A stretch of 6,131 nucleotides of DNA from Vibrio cholerae ATCC 14035 (lineage in GTDB: Bacteria > Pseudomonadota > Gammaproteobacteria > Enterobacterales > Vibrionaceae). The DNA is taken from assembly GCF_000621645.1 (NCBI RefSeq), contig NZ_JHXR01000049.1, positions 1 through 6,131 of the forward strand, written 5' to 3'. The notes beneath the pieces were generated by a model. That model was not told the origin of the DNA. It ran no database searches and saw nothing but the letters and a program-made list of their open reading frames with translations. Both the position numbers and the translations under genes were made by a program. Below, in pieces: positions 1 through 4,911 of the stretch. Every line of letters starts with the position of its first letter. The stretch's first letter is position 1.

Positions 1-27
1 TTTAAATGATTTTTATAGTTTTGTTCT

Positions 28-279
28 ATGTTCTACGGCATGTCATCGAAGAGCGCGATGGACAAGCATTCTGGCGGTGTAGCAGGTTACCGTGCCGCCG
101 AAGGAAAAACCGTACTATTGCCATACCGTGGCAGCGTACACGGCACCATTCAAGACATCCTCGGCGGTGTGCGCTCAACCTGTACCTACGTAGGCGCGGC
201 GGAGCTTCGAGAGCTGACTAAGCGTACAACTTTTATCCGAGTTCAAGAGCAAGAGAACAACGTCTACGGGCGTGAGTAA
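28..279 (+). pseudogene. guaC: 3'-terminal fragment of GMP reductase gene (guaC), last ~83 codons only
   Basis: The translation [82 protein letters not shown] aligns nearly residue for residue with the C-terminus of E. coli GuaC as I recall it ([28 protein letters not shown]...DILGGLRSACTYVGA...[18 protein letters not shown]). The same frame has stops at 7-9 (tga) and 16-18 (tag). Bases 1-27 are AT-rich and not guaC-like, so the gene is 5'-truncated within the window. The ATG at 28 is probably an internal Met codon, not a real start. Confidence 0.8.
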
Positions 280-304
280 GCGCATAGATTCTCTTACATT
301 AACG

Positions 305-332
305 AAAAGAGCCGCTTTGAGCGGCTCTTTTT
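305..332 (+). terminator. Rho-independent terminator downstream of the guaC fragment
   Basis: aaaagagccgc (305-315) is the perfect reverse complement of gcggctctttt (321-331), with a 5-nt loop tttga. The GC-rich core gagccgc/gcggctc is followed by a T-run at 328-332, 26 nt after the guaC stop. Confidence 0.85.
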
Positions 333-458
333 ATCCTGTGAGTGGCTGCGAATCTTCTACGCAGTCGCTTGCTTTCGTGGCCTTGGGGTAACATTCACAA
401 AACCTAGGTTTTTGCTGCCGTCTGCTAAATTACTAATGGATATGTATTAAACTCCAAG

Positions 459-478
459 TACTGTGTTAATATACAGTT
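459..478 (+). promoter_or_regulatory. LexA (SOS) box overlapping an extended -10 promoter element
   Basis: taCTGTgttaatatACAGtt has the exact CTGT-N8-ACAG core with an AT-rich spacer. It matches 16 of 20 positions of the gammaproteobacterial consensus TACTGTATATATATACAGTA. Inside the box, tgtTAATAT (464-472) reads as an extended -10 element (TGnTAtAAT) facing the methyltransferase. No good -35 was seen. Confidence 0.6.
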
Positions 479-602
479 CATTCGAATTGGGCTAGAACTC
501 AATGTTTGCTTTAGTTTGTTAAAAACAAGGTAAATATTGGGAGGTAAGCTATTTTAATATGTCACTATGTTATGCCATGAGGTAGTATGGTGATACAGTT
601 AA

Positions 603-1754
603 TTGATAACTTTGACAGTATGGGCTTTCAATTTGTTCTCTCCTTCTAAACCAATAATATTTTCTTTCTTCGCTGGTAGCGGCTTTCTAGACTTAGGTTT
701 TGAAACATCAGGCTTTGATGTTCGTTTTGTCAATGAGTTTCATAAACCATTCCTGGACGCTTACAAATATTCAAGAGAACATATGGGCTTACCTAAGCCG
801 AAATACGGTCATTACTTGGGCAGTATCGATGACTTTGTGACTGGTGAAAAAAAACAATTACTTTATGATCTTGTACAAGAAGCCAAGTCTGAAGCGTTAA
901 CTGGTTTCATCGGCGGTCCTCCTTGTCCTGACTTCTCTGTGGCGGGTAAGAACAAAGGTTCAGATGGTGAGAATGGTATTCTCACTCGTGTCTATATTGA
1001 TGCTATCGTTCAGAATCAACCTGATTTTTTCCTTTTCGAAAATGTTAAAGGCTTGTGGAAGACTGGTAAGCACAGAGCTTTTTATGATGCTATGAAAGCA
1101 CATCTTGAAGATGCAGGTTATGTGCTTACAGACCGATTAACAAATAGTATCGAATTTGGTGTACCGCAAGATCGAGACCGTATTTTGATGTTCGGTATCC
1201 ATAGAAAGCATGTGGGTGATAAGCTTACCAGCATAGAACTTGCCAGAGATTTCGATTGGGAGCGAGAAGTAAAATTTGATAAAACGAAAGTCCTAGATAA
1301 ATCGATTTGGCCTGAACTTGCAACTTACAAAGAGAATTCAATTCGAAAGCTTCCAAAGCATTTAGATAACTATCGTGAGTTGACAGTAGAGCATTGGTTT
1401 CAAAAGAATGATGTGAACCAGCATCTTAATGCTAAGCATCATTTTAGGCCGTATTCGGATAAGTTCAAAACAATCCAAGAAGGTGATGATAAGAAAAAGT
1501 CATTCAAGCGTTTGCATAGATACCGTTTTTCTCCAACTGCTGCTTACGGGAATAATGAAGTGCATTTGCATCCGTACAAACCTCGCAGATTAAGTGCAGC
1601 AGAAGCGCTTGCTATTCAGTCTCTACCGAAAGAGTTCCACTTACCTCCAACTATGACTCTTTCAGATATGTTTAAGACTATAGGAAATGGCGTGCCATTT
1701 CTCGCCTCAAAATGCATTGCTCAGACGATTCATAATTATCTAGAAAGTTTGTAA
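603..1754 (+). CDS. DNA (cytosine-5)-methyltransferase (Dcm/PF00145-type)
   Basis: All canonical C5-MTase motifs are present in order: motif I FSFFAGSGFLDLGFE (from 666); motif IV GGPPCPDFS (912-938, catalytic Cys codon at 924-926); motif VI FLFENVKGL (ENV at 1038-1046); motif VIII FGVPQDRDR (QDRDR from 1167); motif IX RRLSAAEALAIQSLPKEF; motif X TIGNGVPF (GNGVP from 1683). A ~125-aa variable region between motifs VIII and IX is the presumed target-recognition domain. The start is uncertain: an in-frame stop sits at 600-602, and there is no in-frame ATG before motif I. The only candidates are TTG at 603, 612 or 633. Confidence 0.9.
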   Translation: MITLTVWAFNLFSPSKPIIFSFFAGSGFLDLGFETSGFDVRFVNEFHKPFLDAYKYSREHMGLPKPKYGHYLGSIDDFVTGEKKQLLYDLVQEAKSEALTGFIGGPPCPDFSVAGKNKGSDGENGILTRVYIDAIVQNQPDFFLFENVKGLWKTGKHRAFYDAMKAHLEDAGYVLTDRLTNSIEFGVPQDRDRILMFGIHRKHVGDKLTSIELARDFDWEREVKFDKTKVLDKSIWPELATYKENSIRKLPKHLDNYRELTVEHWFQKNDVNQHLNAKHHFRPYSDKFKTIQEGDDKKKSFKRLHRYRFSPTAAYGNNEVHLHPYKPRRLSAAEALAIQSLPKEFHLPPTMTLSDMFKTIGNGVPFLASKCIAQTIHNYLESL

Positions 1755-1780
1755 AAAGGGAGTCATTTGACTCCCTTTTT
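1755..1780 (+). terminator. Strong (bidirectional-looking) rho-independent terminator after the methyltransferase
   Basis: gggagtc (1758-1764) pairs with gactccc (1769-1775) around the loop attt. The stem is flanked by an A-run (1753-1757) and a T5 run (1776-1780), and begins immediately after the taa stop at 1752-1754. Confidence 0.85.
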
Positions 1781-1830
1781 ACATGCTTCACAGCGTAGTC
1801 GCTTGTTTCTCTACACTTCCAATTAAGCCG

Positions 1831-1839
1831 TGCTAATAT
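1831..1839 (+). promoter_or_regulatory. Candidate extended -10 promoter for the three-gene operon
   Basis: tgcTAATAT (TGnTAATAT) lies ~39 nt upstream of the ATG at 1878, downstream of the terminator at 1755-1780. There is no convincing -35 hexamer. Prediction by eye only. Confidence 0.35.
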
Positions 1840-1877
1840 AGCGTTAATAAACAATACTTTGTTAGTCGGCGCATGTT

Positions 1878-3794
1878 ATGAAACTTGAAGAAGTTTTAGG
1901 TTATCTAGAACAGATGGTTGGTTTGAAACTTCAACCCATAAATGAATCAAATGAATCACTTGTTATCCTTGAAGTTGACCGAGAGAACAGCCGTTATACG
2001 GTAGATAAGACCCAAACCACACGAAAACGTACTCGTCCTTTCGTTGAGCTACAAAAGATATTAAGCGCATTAAACCAGAAAGGTTTTACTAGTGTAGATC
2101 AGGCTCTAGGGGGCGCTGGCTCGAGTCGTCATCAGCCAGAAACTATTTTTGCCAACCTCCCATGTATTGAACATTTTAAGTATGAAAAAAAGAAACACCT
2201 TTACTTAAGAGATTCTAATACACATGAGCTTGGAACTATTAAAGAGCTAACAGCATCTGAAACTCGAGAAATTAAGAGAAAAATTGATCGATATCGTGAT
2301 TTCGACGTCTCCCAATTTTATGAACTGCACAGAGAACAAACTATACAACTTAAACACAAACTAGATAGTATTTTTACGAAATATCCTGGTGAGAGTGATG
2401 TAGATGCAGTTAAAGACATTATAGAAAAAATCCAAGAACTAGAAGTTCGACTTTCTGAAGCCATAGTAAGTATTGAGCAAAATGAAGGACAATCCTTTTC
2501 TAAAAGTATTGATGATGATTCGATCCCATTTGGTGGTGAAGAATCAGGTGATGATAACAATGATGAGCGAGAAACGATTGACACTGATGTTACGATCGTA
2601 AAGGGGCTTACCCCAACAAGAATTACCCAAGTTAGTCCTACAGTATCACTTCTATACGACCGTGTTTTACACAATGAAATAGATTTAACACCTGAATATC
2701 AACGCAAAGATCGTATTTGGCCTATAAAAGATAGAGCCCGTCTAATTGAGTCTATTTTGCTTGGTCTACCGTTACCTGTATTCTATTTTGCAGAAAGAGC
2801 TAATAAAGATGCAGAGTCTGAAGTAGATTTTGATTGGGTGGTTATTGACGGCTTACAGCGTACAACTACTTTAGTAGATTTCGTTCAAGGTAAATTTGCT
2901 CTTAAAGATTTAAATCAGTTACCGAAGTATGACAACTGTTATTTCAAAGATTTACCGAGGAAAGAACAACGAAAAATTCGAGAATATCAAATTCATGGTC
3001 ATTTGATTCAAGTATCGAATGATAGCGAAGAAATGATTCGTGAGTTATTTCATCGTATCAATACCTATGGGAAAAACTTGAGTTATCAGGAAATACGTTC
3101 AGCATTGTATCCAGGTTCGACTAATCGATTCTGTAAATATTTCTCTTCTGAAAATATTTTCTTAGATAGTATTCCAGCTAAAGTTAGCGATGAGAGAATG
3201 CTAGATGTTGAGTATGTTTTAAGGGCTGTTGCTTACCTCGTATTAGGATTTGAAAAATATTTTTATAAAACTAATGATGACTTCTTGTGTCATACAATGA
3301 AAGTTCTTAACGCATTTCATTATGATAAAGATAAGGGTGTTTCTTCGTCAGATAGAATATTTCAGATAATTGACTATAAATTAAAAGAGTCACTCAAAAC
3401 GATATCTGTGATATTTGAAGACGATGCATTTAAAAAAGAACCTAAAGGTAAGTTGAATAAGATATTATTTGAGTTGTTAGTTTCTATATTTGCCATGATG
3501 TCTGATGAACAGCGGGAAATAATGGTAATTCCTGAGAATGCGGAACTTTTTAAAAAAACCATGTGGGACGCGATATCTGGTGATGAAAAAACGTCTGATT
3601 GGGAGTCTGAAATATACAAAGAGCTGGGAAGAGGGTTTGATTATTCTATTACAAACTCTACAGGTAAACGAGTGACGGTTCTATACCGATTTAGAAGTTT
3701 GGTTGAATTTATTAATAAAGTGCCTGGCATGATTTTTATGCCGCAAGGAATGTTGGAAAATGAAAATTTAGTCATGGGTAATAAAAATGATTAA
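1878..3794 (+). CDS. DUF262 (ParB-like / GmrSD N-terminal type) domain protein with an unassigned N-terminal module
   Basis: 638-aa ORF. An in-frame stop at 1863-1865 makes ATG 1878 the first possible start. Residues ~255-415 (nt ~2640-3125) carry the DUF262 signature: EYQRKDRIWP (from 2694), LIESILLGLPLPVFYF, DGLQRTTTL (DGLQR at 2847-2861) and LFHRINTYGKNLSYQEIRSAL (from ~3045). Residues 1-~210 match nothing I recognise. Residues ~210-238 (nt ~2505-2590) form an acidic low-complexity linker (SIDDDSIPFGGEESGDDNNDERETIDTD). I saw no DUF1524/HNH-type motif in the C-terminal ~220 aa. Confidence 0.8.
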   Translation: MKLEEVLGYLEQMVGLKLQPINESNESLVILEVDRENSRYTVDKTQTTRKRTRPFVELQKILSALNQKGFTSVDQALGGAGSSRHQPETIFANLPCIEHFKYEKKKHLYLRDSNTHELGTIKELTASETREIKRKIDRYRDFDVSQFYELHREQTIQLKHKLDSIFTKYPGESDVDAVKDIIEKIQELEVRLSEAIVSIEQNEGQSFSKSIDDDSIPFGGEESGDDNNDERETIDTDVTIVKGLTPTRITQVSPTVSLLYDRVLHNEIDLTPEYQRKDRIWPIKDRARLIESILLGLPLPVFYFAERANKDAESEVDFDWVVIDGLQRTTTLVDFVQGKFALKDLNQLPKYDNCYFKDLPRKEQRKIREYQIHGHLIQVSNDSEEMIRELFHRINTYGKNLSYQEIRSALYPGSTNRFCKYFSSENIFLDSIPAKVSDERMLDVEYVLRAVAYLVLGFEKYFYKTNDDFLCHTMKVLNAFHYDKDKGVSSSDRIFQIIDYKLKESLKTISVIFEDDAFKKEPKGKLNKILFELLVSIFAMMSDEQREIMVIPENAELFKKTMWDAISGDEKTSDWESEIYKELGRGFDYSITNSTGKRVTVLYRFRSLVEFINKVPGMIFMPQGMLENENLVMGNKND

Positions 3795-4911
3795 CGAAGT
3801 AACTTTAAGAAATTTTAAATGTTATAAAAACCAATTATTTGAACTTGCTAATTTGACGGTTTTTTGTGGAAATAATTCGTCAGGAAAAAGTACTGTAATT
3901 CAATCCTTATTGCTAATCCTACAAAATAACTTCTCTAATAAATTGGAACTTAGAGGAGATTATGTGCAACCAGGAAGTTATAACGATTTGCACAATAGAA
4001 ATGCTGATGAAGATTCGTTATCAATATTAATCGATACCAGCGTTGGAGCTGTCTCTTGGGGTTATAGTGAAGATGAGTTTTCGAGTCAGAAAAGAAAGGA
4101 AGTCGAAGAGGCTCCACTACCTTTATTAGACTTTTCTGACAAAACTGTTCTACACAAGCTTCGAGAGTTATATGAGGATGAATTTATTTACCTTCATGCA
4201 GAGCGTTGGGGGCCAAGGAGCAGTTATCCATATTCAACTCGAAGACGCTCACAAAACTGGTTAGGAACAAATGGTGAATATGCACCACAAGTTTTAGAAC
4301 TGGTGGTTAAAAATATTCAGACAATGCCCAGTGATGATGTACGTATACACCCTAATCTGACTGATGGCTCTGTAGTCGGTATAGCGCAGAACTTATTTGA
4401 ATGGATGGGGGAAATTTCTCCTGGAGTTTTTATTAAGGCTCAGGCGTTTAAACATGCGGACATTACGACAAATCAATACACTTTTGGTGGTGAGAGCTAC
4501 AGAGCCGTCAATGTTGGTTTTGGTTTAAGCTATGTTCTACCGATCGTCTTGGCACTTTTGGTTACTAAACCTGGTGGACTAGTTATTATTGAAAATCCGG
4601 AAGCCCATCTTCATCCGAGGGGGCAAAGTTATTTGGGCAGGCTAATTGCTCTTGCTGCCGAGGCTGGAGTTCAAGTCGTAGTTGAGACTCATAGTGACCA
4701 CATTATAAATGGTATTCGATTGATGCCAAGGCTAGGAAAGGTTCAAGATAAAAATCTTCTTTTTTATCAGGTTATTAATGAGGATGTAGGTACAACTACA
4801 GTTAAAAAAATAATCGTTAATGCGCAAGGGCAATTTTCAGAATGGCCAGACGGTTTCTTTGACCAGCAAGTATTAGATATGCAAGTGTTAATGACTGGAC
4901 AGGATAAATGA
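3787..4911 (+). CDS. ABC/AAA-type ATPase, DUF3696-like (AAA_15/AAA_21 class)
   Basis: The N-terminus MINEVTLRNFKCYKNQLFEL is typical of SMC/ABC-like ATPases. Walker A is GNNSSGKST (3868-3894, Lys34). Walker B is LVIIENPEAHLHP (4579-4617). The H-loop-like element is ETHSDH (4684-4701). The C-terminal EWPDGFFDQ (WPDGFF at 4843-4860) is what I associate with DUF3696 proteins. ATG 3787 overlaps the upstream stop by 8 nt (ATGATTAA). Confidence 0.8.
   Translation: MINEVTLRNFKCYKNQLFELANLTVFCGNNSSGKSTVIQSLLLILQNNFSNKLELRGDYVQPGSYNDLHNRNADEDSLSILIDTSVGAVSWGYSEDEFSSQKRKEVEEAPLPLLDFSDKTVLHKLRELYEDEFIYLHAERWGPRSSYPYSTRRRSQNWLGTNGEYAPQVLELVVKNIQTMPSDDVRIHPNLTDGSVVGIAQNLFEWMGEISPGVFIKAQAFKHADITTNQYTFGGESYRAVNVGFGLSYVLPIVLALLVTKPGGLVIIENPEAHLHPRGQSYLGRLIALAAEAGVQVVVETHSDHIINGIRLMPRLGKVQDKNLLFYQVINEDVGTTTVKKIIVNAQGQFSEWPDGFFDQQVLDMQVLMTGQDK

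Noticed and set aside
6-221. 71-aa ORF on the + strand ([37 protein letters not shown]...)
   Set aside because: It is an off-frame shadow of the GuaC-coding frame. The Arg/Pro/Cys-rich translation is typical of misframed GC-rich coding DNA, while the overlapping frame has unmistakable GuaC similarity.
354-376. An imperfect repeat shared with 1786-1810 (cttc..g[c/t]agtcgcttg[c]tttc). Both copies lie just downstream of a rho-independent terminator.
   Set aside because: The exact shared core is only 9 nt (agtcgcttg). Dozens of 9-mer coincidences are expected by chance within 6 kb, and the flanks need gaps to align. I noted it only because of the similar position relative to the terminators.
414-423. 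gccgtctgct, resembling the Neisseria DNA uptake sequence GCCGTCTGAA
   Set aside because: It matches only 8 of 10 positions, in a single copy. The flanking guaC fragment resembles the enterobacterial (E. coli) GuaC I compared it with, and nothing else in the window points to Neisseria. This is probably coincidence.
502-593. Several tiny ORFs in the leader downstream of the SOS box, considered as possible SOS-induced toxin peptides or leader peptides. They are MFALVC at 502-522, MSLCYAMR at 559-585 (preceded by GGGAGG at 539-544) and MLCHEVVW at 567-593.
   Set aside because: All are 6-8 codons. The GGGAGG-to-ATG spacing (14 nt) is too long, and none has the length or hydrophobic character of known SOS toxins. 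This cannot be supported from sequence alone.
847-854. A8 homopolymer inside the methyltransferase (GEKKQ codons), considered as a phase-variation tract
   Set aside because: A7 tracts are scattered throughout this AT-rich block (for example 2185-2191, 3552-3558, 4804-4810 and 5397-5403). The tract is therefore not distinctive, and it is short for efficient slipped-strand switching.
1941-1958. Perfect tandem 9-bp duplication aatgaatca x2, encoding NES-NES in the DUF262 protein N-terminus
   Set aside because: It is in-frame and has only two copies, so it cannot switch the frame. It is most simply a small slippage duplication with no evident function.
2318-2674. 118-aa antisense ORF inside the DUF262 gene
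   Set aside because: It is fully embedded antisense to a long ORF that carries clear domain motifs. Its translation is Ser-rich and low-complexity, with no RBS or promoter evidence. It is most likely a chance open frame in AT-rich DNA.
3374-3619. 81-aa antisense ORF inside the DUF262 gene
   Set aside because: Same reasoning: embedded antisense, Ser/Asn-rich low-complexity translation, and no supporting signals.
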